Shown piece by piece: positions 55,055 through 64,000 of a stretch of DNA of 64,000 bases. This stretch comes from Candidatus Magasanikiibacteriota bacterium (GTDB lineage: Bacteria > Patescibacteriota > Patescibacteriia > Magasanikbacterales > GWA2-37-8), in contig JBAYNU010000003.1 in the NCBI GenBank assembly GCA_041678665.1, positions 12,008 through 76,007 on the forward strand. The letters run 5' to 3'. Position 1 is the stretch's first letter. Every line of letters begins with the position of its first letter. A program made the translations under genes and the position numbers. The notes under the pieces are model-generated. The model was not told the DNA's origin. It did no database searches and saw nothing but the letters and a program-made list of their open reading frames with translations.

Positions 55055-57610
55055 TTACAAGCTTGCTTCACTTAAGTCTATTTCCGCTGATTTTCCAACG
55101 GTGCCCAATTGCGAGTGTTCCATAATTTCGGCCTCTACTATTTCTTTAGGACGGCCATATTTGAGGCGTGATAATTCTTTGATTGCGGCCGCTAATTCTT
55201 TGTTGCCTTTTTGTGGCGGATAGGTCATCATATCAAATGGTTTGCAAGCAGTATTATTAATTAGAAGTTTAATGTAAGCGGTATATTGTTCCACATTAAC
55301 TAAATCATGAGCGTTAAATACCGGCATAAATTCTTTTTGTAAAATTTCGGCATCTTCGGGGCCAATTCGGAAACTGACAATCGTACCGGCGTTACCAATC
55401 ACAGCGTCACGGACGGTATTTTTACCTTTGTTGTCTATTAATTGCCCCATATATTGATGGGCTATAATTAAATCCAAACGATATTTGCGCGCTTCGGATA
55501 GAATTGTGGCGATAGAGTCGGTGATAAAATTTTGGAACTCATCAATATATAAATAAAAATCATGGCGCTCATCTTCGGGTAGAGACGCCCGTTCCATAGC
55601 GGCCATTTGTAGCTTTGACACGATAATCATGCCAAGCATGTTAGAGTTGATTTCACCTACGAGACCTTTGGCCAAATTTACTAAAAGGATTTTTTTCTTG
55701 TCCATTACTTCACGAAAATTAAAACCGGAACGTGATTGGCCAATAATATTACGCATCATTGAATTTTCCACAAAGCGGCCAACTTTGGAAATTAAATATC
55801 CCAGCATCTCTGATTTATGGAAATCGGATGTTTTGGCCATTTCTTTATCCCAAAAAGCCATTACCACCGGATCTTTAAGTTTCTTTTTCCAACCAGCTAC
55901 GAATGTGTCATCAGTAAACATGCGAGGAATTTCGGCAATGGTACCCGGGTTTTCCAGGTCAGACATAAGAGTCAACATTACGTTGCGCATATTATGTTCG
56001 AACATCGGACCAATCATGGATGGGTCGGTAACCATTTTATAAAACATGGAAATCATTTCTTGGGTGGCAAAATCTTTTTGTTCTTCGGTATGAACTTCCA
56101 ACATGTTTAAGCCCACCGGTCGGTCGGTGTCGGAAGGATTAAAATAAATTACATCATCAGCGCGTTCTTTGGGTACGTGTTGTAAAACATATTCTACAAA
56201 ATCACCGTGTGGATCAACCACACAAAGACCTTCGCCGTTAATTACGTCTTGTACGGCCATATTCTGAATAAATACTGATTTACCCACACCGGATTTACCG
56301 ATTGTATAAAGGTGACGACGGCGATCCGGCTTACTCATTCGTACTATTACTTCTTCTCCGCGGTATATCGAACGACCAAGCATAATACCTTCTTTGGGCA
56401 TGTCTATTGGTGGCGGAGCTTTGCGTGCTCCCAGCCAATTGATGCGAGGTGTTTCAGTGTTGGGGTTTGGCATATGCCAAAAAGAAGCCATCTCTTCGGT
56501 GTTCATTACCATATATTTTCCTTCGTGGAAAGAGCGGAAGATTGACTCGCGAATCAAGTTGGCCGGTCGACTGGGAACCGAAGCGGCGAAAGAGTTGCCA
56601 TAACGGTAAATATTATATTGACCGTAGGCATTGATGATATTTTGTAAGTTCATTACCGCTTTTGCTTTAGTACTGGCGGAACTTATTAGGCGAATGGTTA
56701 ATTCTAGACCGCCGTGGCTTATTTTTTCTTCCATGCTTTTTACCATTTCTTCTTCCATTTGAGTAAGGCGGTAAGCTTCACCAAAGCCACCCTGATTAGA
56801 GGCGTCTTTGTGTTTGGGAAACATAATGCGTTTCCAACGATAGATTCCACGAGTAAGCCAGCCGCGTTGAGCTACATATTCAAATTTTTGTCCTTCACGG
56901 ATGTCACGAATCATCCTTACTCCTTGTCGGCGCCACTTGGGCGATGCCGGACGAATTATATATTGGATGACCGCGCCTTCGTCTTCGGCAACTCTACTTA
57001 ATGGATTAAGCAAAGATAGCAAGGGATCACTTTCCATTTTTTTGTAAGTTTTGAAAGGAAAAGCTGGTCGGAATTGACTGAATAGGTAGGCTCCCACAAT
57101 ATGGCTTTGTGGTTTAAAAATATTATAATCAATTTCTTCGGTAATTTCGGCATGTGGGTACTGGGCGTGTATTTGTTGTCCGATAAAATCTTTAAATTTA
57201 TCAGGAATAGCAACATAAAAACAAATCTTACCATCGCGTACCACAATTTCAAAAGACAAGTGATCGTTGCGTCCTCTAAACCAAGAAATAATTCCGCTTT
57301 CACGTTTTAGCCCGGCTATTGCAGCAAATAAAGTATCAGCTACTGCAATTATTTCGCGGGTAAGATTAATATTGTCTTGGTTCATCATGTTGGGATTTTC
57401 GTTCTTTTTTTCTTTAGGTACCTTAATAAGCAAAATAGTGCGATGAAATGCTTTGCTAGTTCGGGTGCGGGCGCGCAAGAAGCCGCGTATCATAAATAGA
57501 ACAATGATAAAAATTAACATTCCAACGGCGTAAAGAAGTACATCAAACATAACGGGATATTGTGATAACCAGTTGAAGAAAATTTTTAGCAAATTGATTA
57601 AATCAGTCAT
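55055..57610 (-). CDS. membrane-anchored P-loop ATPase of FtsK/HerA/VirB4 superfamily (VirB4/TraC-like candidate)
   Basis: N-terminal TM helix, Walker A G-K-S-G-V-G-K-S at about aa 440, Walker B Y-I-D-E-F-Q-N-F at about aa 690; 851 aa. Confidence 0.45.
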   Translation of the reverse strand: MTDLINLLKIFFNWLSQYPVMFDVLLYAVGMLIFIIVLFMIRGFLRARTRTSKAFHRTILLIKVPKEKKNENPNMMNQDNINLTREIIAVADTLFAAIAGLKRESGIISWFRGRNDHLSFEIVVRDGKICFYVAIPDKFKDFIGQQIHAQYPHAEITEEIDYNIFKPQSHIVGAYLFSQFRPAFPFKTYKKMESDPLLSLLNPLSRVAEDEGAVIQYIIRPASPKWRRQGVRMIRDIREGQKFEYVAQRGWLTRGIYRWKRIMFPKHKDASNQGGFGEAYRLTQMEEEMVKSMEEKISHGGLELTIRLISSASTKAKAVMNLQNIINAYGQYNIYRYGNSFAASVPSRPANLIRESIFRSFHEGKYMVMNTEEMASFWHMPNPNTETPRINWLGARKAPPPIDMPKEGIMLGRSIYRGEEVIVRMSKPDRRRHLYTIGKSGVGKSVFIQNMAVQDVINGEGLCVVDPHGDFVEYVLQHVPKERADDVIYFNPSDTDRPVGLNMLEVHTEEQKDFATQEMISMFYKMVTDPSMIGPMFEHNMRNVMLTLMSDLENPGTIAEIPRMFTDDTFVAGWKKKLKDPVVMAFWDKEMAKTSDFHKSEMLGYLISKVGRFVENSMMRNIIGQSRSGFNFREVMDKKKILLVNLAKGLVGEINSNMLGMIIVSKLQMAAMERASLPEDERHDFYLYIDEFQNFITDSIATILSEARKYRLDLIIAHQYMGQLIDNKGKNTVRDAVIGNAGTIVSFRIGPEDAEILQKEFMPVFNAHDLVNVEQYTAYIKLLINNTACKPFDMMTYPPQKGNKELAAAIKELSRLKYGRPKEIVEAEIMEHSQLGTVGKSAEIDLSEASL

Positions 57611-57616
57611 TTTTAT

Positions 57617-57651
57617 AGTTTACAGTTTATAGTTCGTACTATAAACTGTAA
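57617..57651. repeat. perfect 15-bp-arm palindrome
   Basis: TTTACAGTTTATAGT-tcgt-ACTATAAACTGTAAA immediately upstream of the ATPase start. Confidence 0.6.
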
Positions 57652-57675
57652 ATAATTTTGATAATAAAGCGATAT

Positions 57676-58206
57676 TTATTTTTTGTTTTTTAACATCAAT
57701 ATTTTATCGACTTTTATTTTAGCTTCTTGTTCCAAAAAGAAACGATTGATTCCCGGCAGTAGTTTAAGCCATTCAACAATCAATTGAAAAATCTTTTTTA
57801 CTTTAACATGCGTGGATTGCAGGAGTTCTTGAATTTTGGAAGCAGTTTCTTCGCCTTTAATTTTAAATTCCTGGCGGGCGATGGGCGAGAGGTTTTGGTA
57901 GACATCCAAAAGATCTTCCGACATTATTTTTTCAATTTTAACAGTAATTTCATCACGTACTTTCGGTAACGGAGGCGCGCTTTTACGAAAAATCGGCAAA
58001 CGTAGTTTTGGTTTGTTTTTTTCTGTTGACTGAGAATATTTTTGTTCACCGGCAGAAGTGTCAGTTTCTATGGCTTTTTCTGTTTCCATTGTTTTTGGTG
58101 GCTGTTCAGGGGTAATGGGCGCCGGCGGTATTTGTTCTGCAGTGGGCTTTATTGTTTCAGGGAGAATGGATTTTTCTTCTAAATTATCCTTGTTCATAAT
58201 GGTCAT
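57676..58206 (-). CDS. hypothetical protein, Pro-rich N-terminus
   Basis: 176 aa, no motif recognised. Confidence 0.4.
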   Translation of the reverse strand: MTIMNKDNLEEKSILPETIKPTAEQIPPAPITPEQPPKTMETEKAIETDTSAGEQKYSQSTEKNKPKLRLPIFRKSAPPLPKVRDEITVKIEKIMSEDLLDVYQNLSPIARQEFKIKGEETASKIQELLQSTHVKVKKIFQLIVEWLKLLPGINRFFLEQEAKIKVDKILMLKNKK

Positions 58207-58373
58207 ATTATAGCATAATTAAAATAGCGCCGCAAACAGGTGGAGGCGGTAGTTTGGTGGATAAGTGGAAGTATGGTATAATATGATTAGTTGAAAGTTA
58301 TAAAGTTTATCAAGTCGAAAGTATTGGCGGTTCTCACTTCGACTTTATAACTTTATAATTTTATAACTTCGAT

Positions 58374-59300
58374 ATGAAAACAATTCAAGAAATTCAATCC
58401 AATGGCTTGATGTGGGTTGATGTTAGTAAACAAGGGGTAAAAGAATTAGCCGAAATCCAAAAACGTTTTGGATTTTCCGAACAAGACATTAAAGAAAGTT
58501 TGCCTCCTTATCAGCGACCAAAAATAGTCAAACATTTGGATTATTATTTTATGGTATTACATTTTCCAATTTTTGATCGCGATACCAAACGTTTAAGTTT
58601 TACCGAAGTAGACTTCTTTTTAAGTGGTAGCTGTTTGGTTACGATACACAGCAGTCAATTGCATGTTATTGAAATGTTTTTTACCGAATGCCGTAAAAAT
58701 ATCGAAAAACAGAATGAATATTTTCAGGGTACGGCCGTGCATATTTTGTTTGAGCTTGTTAGTCGGTTGCTGGACTCCATTTTTCCGATTCTTTTGCATG
58801 TTAATGAAGATATTAATTTTGTGGATAAAAAATTATTCTCTCAAACGCCCAGTCGCGCCATGGCCGAAGAGATTTTACGCCTCAAAACTAATGTGGTAAC
58901 TTTTAGGCGTACTATGCAAGGGCACCGCACTGTGCTTGAGCGGTTAATTATGTATAGTGGGCATGATTTAGATGTCGGGTCTTTTCAAAGCTATATAAAT
59001 AACTTACGCGAGTTTACTAATGAAATTTGGCACATGTTAGAAAGCCAAAAAGAAAGTATTAATGCTCTGCATGAGACCAATGAATCGCTGGTAAATTTAC
59101 GTACCAATCAAGTCATGAAAACTCTCACTATTATTTCGGTGGTAACTTTTCCGCTTACTTTGTTTGTGGCCTGGACAGATGTAAAAGCCGGGGGTAATTT
59201 CTTTTCTGTTATACCTGGGGGATTTTGGCTTGTTACGGCGCTGATGATTATTGGCGGGCTTTCCATGGTGTATTCGTTCAAAAAGAAGGATTGGCTATAG
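58374..59300 (+). CDS. CorA-like divalent cation transporter family protein
   Basis: Cytoplasmic N-domain then two C-terminal TM helices in CorA-like arrangement; canonical GMN motif not seen. Confidence 0.5.
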   Translation: MKTIQEIQSNGLMWVDVSKQGVKELAEIQKRFGFSEQDIKESLPPYQRPKIVKHLDYYFMVLHFPIFDRDTKRLSFTEVDFFLSGSCLVTIHSSQLHVIEMFFTECRKNIEKQNEYFQGTAVHILFELVSRLLDSIFPILLHVNEDINFVDKKLFSQTPSRAMAEEILRLKTNVVTFRRTMQGHRTVLERLIMYSGHDLDVGSFQSYINNLREFTNEIWHMLESQKESINALHETNESLVNLRTNQVMKTLTIISVVTFPLTLFVAWTDVKAGGNFFSVIPGGFWLVTALMIIGGLSMVYSFKKKDWL

Positions 59301-59352
59301 AGTTTTGTTTTTAAATAAAAACAGCCTCGTATATTTTGAGGCTGTTTTTTAG

Positions 59353-60729
59353 TTATTTTTTTATAATATTCATTCCATCCTTTGTGTCTTTTACCACATA
59401 TCCTGATTTTTCAAGTTCGTCGCGTAGTTCGTCGGATTTAGTCCAGTTTTTTTCGGCGCGGGCGGCAGCGCGTTCGGTGATTAGTTTTTTTACTTCACTT
59501 GGAATCTCAATATTGGTTTCGTTTTTATTTTTTATTTCCTGTTCTTTGATTTGTAAGCCGAGCACTTCGTCGAATTTGTACAATGTTTCTAAGGAAAAGT
59601 CACCATCCTTTAATCCTTGCCACACCCAACTTAGCGCGCCCGGCACGTCAAGATCGTTATTAATTTTTTCTAAAAATTTATTTTTAAAAAACGAACTCGG
59701 TTTTTTATTATCGGATAATTTTTTTGCTTTTTCGTAAAAATTATTAAGTCCATTTTGTGCCGCTTGAAGCGCTTCCCAAGAAAAAGTCAGTTGTTTGCGG
59801 TAATGAGTTTGTAAAAGTAGATAGCGATAGGCGAGCGGGGAGATGCCTCTGTCTTTGATGGTTTGCAAAGTGATAAAGTTTCTTTCGGATTTAGCCATTT
59901 TAGCATCGCCAGTTAGTAAAAATTCTCCATGTAACCAGTAATTTGCCAAGGGCCTGCCGTTAGCCGCTTCGCTTTGGGCTATTTCATTAGTGTGATGCAC
60001 CGGAATATGATCAATGCCACCGCAGTGAATATCAAAGGGTTGTCCTAAATATTTTTCGGCCATAGCGCTGCATTCAATGTGCCAGCCCGGAAAACCGATT
60101 CCCCATGGGCTTTCCCATTCCATTTGGCGCTTGATTAACGGCGGAGAGAATTTCCACAAAGCAAAATCAGTCGGATTTTTTTTGGCGCCCATGCTGATAC
60201 GCACACCCGCTCTAAGTTCTTGTTTTTTTAAATTGGCCAATTTACCGTAGTCGGTTAGTTTGGAAGTGTCAAAATAAATACCATCCAATGTCTTATAGGT
60301 GAATCCCTTTCTTTCCAATTTTTTTATTAATTTAATTTGTTCTTTAATGTGTTCGGTGGCGCGGCACCAGATATTCGGTTCCGAAATATTAAGCTCGGCA
60401 AGATCTTTGCGAAAAGCGATGGTATAGAAACTGGCAATTTCCCAAGCGCTTTTACCTGCGCGCGCCGCCTCGCGTTCCATTTTATCTTCACCCTCATCGG
60501 CATCACTCGTTAAATGTCCAACATCAGTGATGTTCATTACATGTTTGATTTTGTAACCGTTAAATTTAAAAACTCGCTTTAAAATATCTTCAAATACATA
60601 AGTGCGCAGATTGCCGATGTGCGCATAATTATAAACCGTAGGACCGCAAGTATACAAATTCACTTTGCCTTTTTTGAGCGGTTTGAAATTTTCGATTTTA
60701 TGGGAGAGAGTATTAAAGAGAGTAATCAT
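59353..60729 (-). CDS. cysS: cysteinyl-tRNA synthetase
   Basis: [13 protein letters not shown] (HIGH), K-M-A-K-S (KMSKS), zinc-binding Cys. Confidence 0.9.
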   Translation of the reverse strand: MITLFNTLSHKIENFKPLKKGKVNLYTCGPTVYNYAHIGNLRTYVFEDILKRVFKFNGYKIKHVMNITDVGHLTSDADEGEDKMEREAARAGKSAWEIASFYTIAFRKDLAELNISEPNIWCRATEHIKEQIKLIKKLERKGFTYKTLDGIYFDTSKLTDYGKLANLKKQELRAGVRISMGAKKNPTDFALWKFSPPLIKRQMEWESPWGIGFPGWHIECSAMAEKYLGQPFDIHCGGIDHIPVHHTNEIAQSEAANGRPLANYWLHGEFLLTGDAKMAKSERNFITLQTIKDRGISPLAYRYLLLQTHYRKQLTFSWEALQAAQNGLNNFYEKAKKLSDNKKPSSFFKNKFLEKINNDLDVPGALSWVWQGLKDGDFSLETLYKFDEVLGLQIKEQEIKNKNETNIEIPSEVKKLITERAAARAEKNWTKSDELRDELEKSGYVVKDTKDGMNIIKK

Positions 60730-60886
60730 AGTTTTTAGTTTTTAGCTGTTAGGTAACGATCGGGCGCTGTCTAAAAGCTATAAGCTACAAGCTATCAGCT
60801 ATTATATCTCATTTCTTTCTACTTATCAACTTATCAACAGGGGCTATGGTGGCAATTGGCAAAATTTGATATAATAGACATTAGCT

Positions 60887-62041
60887 ATGTCGTTATTCTT
60901 TAAGCCAAAAGCCTGTCTCGGGGTAGATTTGGGGGCAGGCGGAATTAAAATGGTAGAATTAATCCAAGAAAAAAAGCGGCCGGTGCTGCGTACTTTTGGT
61001 TACACTTCCGATGTTGATAAAAATGCGGTGCAATTAGACATTTTTTTTAAGGCATTTACTTCCAATAATTTATTAGACAAAAAGAATAATGTCGATTCGG
61101 TTAATTCATCAATGACCGATTTGTATTTTAATGCCGACCAAGTTAAAGAGCGCGCCATTGTTTTGAAGGGTGTATATAAAAAATGCAAGGCGACATCCAA
61201 AGCGGCGGTAGTTAGTTTGCCGGCGTCAGCGGTTTTTCATGCTATTGTAACTATCCCCAAAACCGATAAAGATGAATTTAATTCTGTTTTGAAAGCGGAA
61301 ATTACTAAGTTATTACCTATTCCTCTCTCAGAGATGATGCTTGATTATCAGATTATTTCCAAAGAAAAAGAAAGTAATAGCCAAAAAGTATTGGTTAATG
61401 CGGTGCCGCGTTCTTTGGTGGTATTTTATACGCAAATTTTTACTCGAGCAGGACTTCGCTTGGAGGCGTTAGAGCCAGAGTCCACCGCTTTGGCGCGCGC
61501 TTTGGTTGGTAGAGATACCAGCGTCACTATGATTATTGATATTGGCGCCGAGCGTACTAATTTTTTTATTGTCGATCAAGGCATTCCGATTACTCGTCAC
61601 AGTGTTGAGTCGGGAGGCGGCAAAATCACTTCTACCATAAAAGAAATTTTAGGGGTTGAAGATGGTTTGGCGGAACAAATTAAATATGATTTATTTAAGT
61701 TTTTAGAAACAGATCAAGAAAAAACATTGCCAGCTAAGGATTTACTTAAAATATTATCTTCGGTTGTTGATCCAATTACAAAAGAAGTTCAATATGGTTT
61801 TGATCTATATTTGCATCAGATTGGTAACGAGAATAAACGTCCTGAAAAAATCATTTTAACTGGTGGTGGATCATTCTTGCCGTTTTTGTCGGATTATTTA
61901 TCAGAGCAGTTTAAGATGAAATGTTATGTCGGTGATCCGTGGGCGCGTTTGGTTTATCAAGAAGATCTAAAGCCGGTTTTGTCCGAGATTGGACCAAGAA
62001 TGACGGCGGTAATTGGATTGGCTTTGCGTAATATGGTATGA
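60887..62041 (+). CDS. pilM: type IV pilus assembly protein PilM
   Basis: Actin-like ATPase fold, N-terminal G-V-D-L-G-A-G-G-I-K. Confidence 0.75.
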   Translation: MSLFFKPKACLGVDLGAGGIKMVELIQEKKRPVLRTFGYTSDVDKNAVQLDIFFKAFTSNNLLDKKNNVDSVNSSMTDLYFNADQVKERAIVLKGVYKKCKATSKAAVVSLPASAVFHAIVTIPKTDKDEFNSVLKAEITKLLPIPLSEMMLDYQIISKEKESNSQKVLVNAVPRSLVVFYTQIFTRAGLRLEALEPESTALARALVGRDTSVTMIIDIGAERTNFFIVDQGIPITRHSVESGGGKITSTIKEILGVEDGLAEQIKYDLFKFLETDQEKTLPAKDLLKILSSVVDPITKEVQYGFDLYLHQIGNENKRPEKIILTGGGSFLPFLSDYLSEQFKMKCYVGDPWARLVYQEDLKPVLSEIGPRMTAVIGLALRNMV

Positions 62042-62076
62042 TTATTATATAAATCAGTCCACTAAACTTTATTTGT

Positions 62077-62460
62077 ATGTCGATTAATGAGAAAATGCAT
62101 GTATTATTAGTAGAAGACGACGCTTTTTTGTCTCAAATTTATCAAAAGAAGTTTGAAATGGAGGGGTTCAAAATTAGTATTGCCGATAATGGAGAAAAGG
62201 GGTTGTCTGAGGCAAGAAAGAAAAAACCGAGTATTATTTTATTGGATGTTTTGTTGCCAAAAATGGATGGTTTTGTGGTTTTAGAAAATTTAAAAAATAG
62301 TTTAGAAACAAAAGATATTCCCGTAATTCTTCTTACTAATCTTGGCCAGAAAGAAGATGTGGATAAAGGTTTGGCAGTAGGGGCAGTAGATTATCTCATC
62401 AAAGCGCATTTTAAGCCATCAGAAGTAGTGGATAAAGTAAAAAAAGTTTTGAGTTTATAA
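62077..62460 (+). CDS. response regulator receiver domain protein (CheY-like)
   Basis: L-V-E-D-D, phospho-acceptor L-L-D-V-L-L-P, T-N-L-G, conserved K. Confidence 0.75.
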   Translation: MSINEKMHVLLVEDDAFLSQIYQKKFEMEGFKISIADNGEKGLSEARKKKPSIILLDVLLPKMDGFVVLENLKNSLETKDIPVILLTNLGQKEDVDKGLAVGAVDYLIKAHFKPSEVVDKVKKVLSL

Positions 62461-62509
62461 TATTAGAGTAGTATTTTATGGTAAATAATTTTAGAAGGGG
62501 GGTGAAATT

Positions 62510-62944
62510 ATGAACAAGAAAGGCTTTACTTTAATAGAATTATTGGTGGTGATTGCCATTATTGGTTTGCTATCTACTTTGGCCGTCGTAGCTTTGGGTC
62601 AGGCTCGTTTAAAAGCGCGTGATTCCAAGCGTTTAGCCGACCTTAAGCAACTTCAAACCGCTCTTGAGCTTTACTATACCGATAATAATGCCTACCCAGA
62701 TGGGTCGGGATTAGTTTTGGGCGAAGCAGATACCGCTCAGTGTTTGGACAGCACCGGATTTAAGGACACTTGTGCCGCCGATGCATATATGGGACAAGTA
62801 CCAGAGGATCCAAATACCGCTGCTTATCATTATACTTATACCGCCGCCTCTAGTTCTTATGCTGTAGCGGCGACTCTAGAAGGCGCTACCAGCGGTTTAG
62901 ACGCCGGTAGTATCACCTTATCTCCGGCTGGTATCAGAAATTAA
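62510..62944 (+). CDS. type IV pilin / pseudopilin with prepilin N-terminal methylation motif
   Basis: K-K-G-F-T-L-I-E-L-L-V-V-I-A-I-I-G. Confidence 0.85.
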   Translation: MNKKGFTLIELLVVIAIIGLLSTLAVVALGQARLKARDSKRLADLKQLQTALELYYTDNNAYPDGSGLVLGEADTAQCLDSTGFKDTCAADAYMGQVPEDPNTAAYHYTYTAASSSYAVAATLEGATSGLDAGSITLSPAGIRN

Positions 62945-63051
62945 TAGCAAAATTTTAAATAGTGAAAACCACTTCACTCCGAGAATTCGGGATTGAGGTG
63001 GTTTTGTTTTTATTAATGTTATGGTATAATTCTATTATTAAAATATTCAGC

Positions 63052-63864
63052 ATGTTAAATATCGTTTACCATTTTTATATTGTCTTGGGGTGGGGTTTTT
63101 ATTTGGTTTTGTTTTTTTTAGGTACTATTTTGGGCAGTTTTTTGAATTCATGGATTTGGCGTACCCGAGAAAATATTAAGATTTTTACCACTGGTCGCAG
63201 TGTGTGTTATCATTGCCATCGTCAACTCTTGTGGTATGAAAATATCCCCTTATTTAGTTGTATTTTTTTAAAAAGGCAGTGCCACTGTTGTCATAATTTT
63301 ATCCCATTACGTTATCCTTTGGTTGAATTTTTTGCCGGAGTTTTGTTGGTTTTTGTGGGCTGGCATCATATTGAGGTGTTGGGGAAATTTAATTTTTTAT
63401 GGTGGTGTCGGGATATAATGTTTGTGACTTTTTTAATTATAATTTTTGTTTATGATCTTTTATATCAGGAGATTCTTCCTAGTTTAATATGGTTGGGAGT
63501 AACCTTGGGTTTTTTATTAAATTATTATATTTTAGGATATTCGGTAAATACTATGGTGGCGGGTGCATTTGTGGCTGGTGGATTTTTTGGTCTACAGTAT
63601 TTGATTTCGCGCGGGCGTTGGATCGGCGGCGGTGATGTGCGTCTTGGGGTTTTGATGGGTATTTGGCTGGGATTTTATGGCACGCTTGTGGCCATTTTGT
63701 TTGCTTATTTTAGCGGGGCTCTTATGGCTATTATTTTATTACTTACTAAAAAAGCCAATTCTAAAACAGCCATACCATTTGGTACGTTCTTGGCTTTAGG
63801 AACTTTTGTTGCTATGTATTATGGCGGACAGGTAGTTAATTGGTATATTGGGTTAATAAGATAG
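63052..63864 (+). CDS. pilD: prepilin peptidase (A24 family)
   Basis: N-terminal TM then C-Y-H-C ... C-H-C-C zinc motif and multi-TM peptidase domain; start at ATG 63052 downstream of a TGnTATAAT extended -10 (63022-63030). Confidence 0.7.
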   Translation: MLNIVYHFYIVLGWGFYLVLFFLGTILGSFLNSWIWRTRENIKIFTTGRSVCYHCHRQLLWYENIPLFSCIFLKRQCHCCHNFIPLRYPLVEFFAGVLLVFVGWHHIEVLGKFNFLWWCRDIMFVTFLIIIFVYDLLYQEILPSLIWLGVTLGFLLNYYILGYSVNTMVAGAFVAGGFFGLQYLISRGRWIGGGDVRLGVLMGIWLGFYGTLVAILFAYFSGALMAIILLLTKKANSKTAIPFGTFLALGTFVAMYYGGQVVNWYIGLIR

Positions 63865-63867
63865 TTT

Positions 63868-64000
63868 ATGGAAAAAATAGAATTAAAGAACAGGATAAAA
63901 AAAATGCGAGCGCAAATTGATGATTTGCGTTATCGTTACCATGTTCTTAATGATCCCGAAGTAACTGATACCATGTATGATGGGCTAATGAACGAACTAC
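63868..64000 (+). CDS. ligA: NAD-dependent DNA ligase LigA, N-terminal fragment (continues beyond window)
   Basis: L-R-Y-R-Y-H-V-L-N-D-P-E-V-T-D-T-M-Y-D-G-L Ia-domain pattern. Confidence 0.65.
   Translation, partial: MEKIELKNRIKKMRAQIDDLRYRYHVLNDPEVTDTMYDGLMNEL

Noticed and set aside
6975-60805. Checked GC-rich hairpin repeats and AGCTA repeats for CRISPR-like regular spacing
   Set aside because: No array of equal-length direct repeats with unique spacers; units are palindromic, irregularly spaced and scattered

Overview
AT-rich bacterial chromosome segment (roughly 35-40% GC by eye) with short genes and small intergenic spacers, and a gene content typical of Candidate Phyla Radiation / Patescibacteria-like genomes: archaeal-type UMP kinase, a long NDK, rplJ-rplL, type IV pilus genes, ftsEX, xseAB, dnaX, cysS and the start of ligA. 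No rRNA or CRISPR array was found. Six tRNAs were identified by hand folding: Leu-GAG, Lys-UUU, Gly-CCC, Thr-CGU, Gln-UUG and Gln-CUG. Two accessory regions stand out. Island 1 (about 26.7-42.1 kb) begins with a large serine recombinase whose 3' end overlaps the 3' end of tRNA-Gly. It carries a prim-pol/SF3-helicase replicase, two C5 DNA methyltransferases, a ParB-like nuclease, an HhH-GPD glycosylase and a 4-gene operon encoding a GHKL-type ATPase and a DnaA-domain-IV/sigma-70-r4/zinc-ribbon protein. The layout resembles a phage-satellite or PICI-like element. Island 2 (about 47.0-52.5 kb) is a C-protein-controlled type II R-M cassette with HEPN-like and PD-(D/E)xK-like accessory genes, flanked by 113-bp perfect inverted repeats. 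It is followed by a second large serine recombinase whose 3' end overlaps a convergent tRNA-Gln, with an inverted duplicate of that 3' end/att region lying upstream. Also present are a dispersed family of GC-rich nested-hairpin intergenic repeats, a frameshifted NUDIX gene, an rpmB gene missed by the ORF track, and an E1-like/nitroreductase/adenylating-enzyme cluster. All calls rest on motif-level reading of the supplied translations and sequence; no database searches were run.
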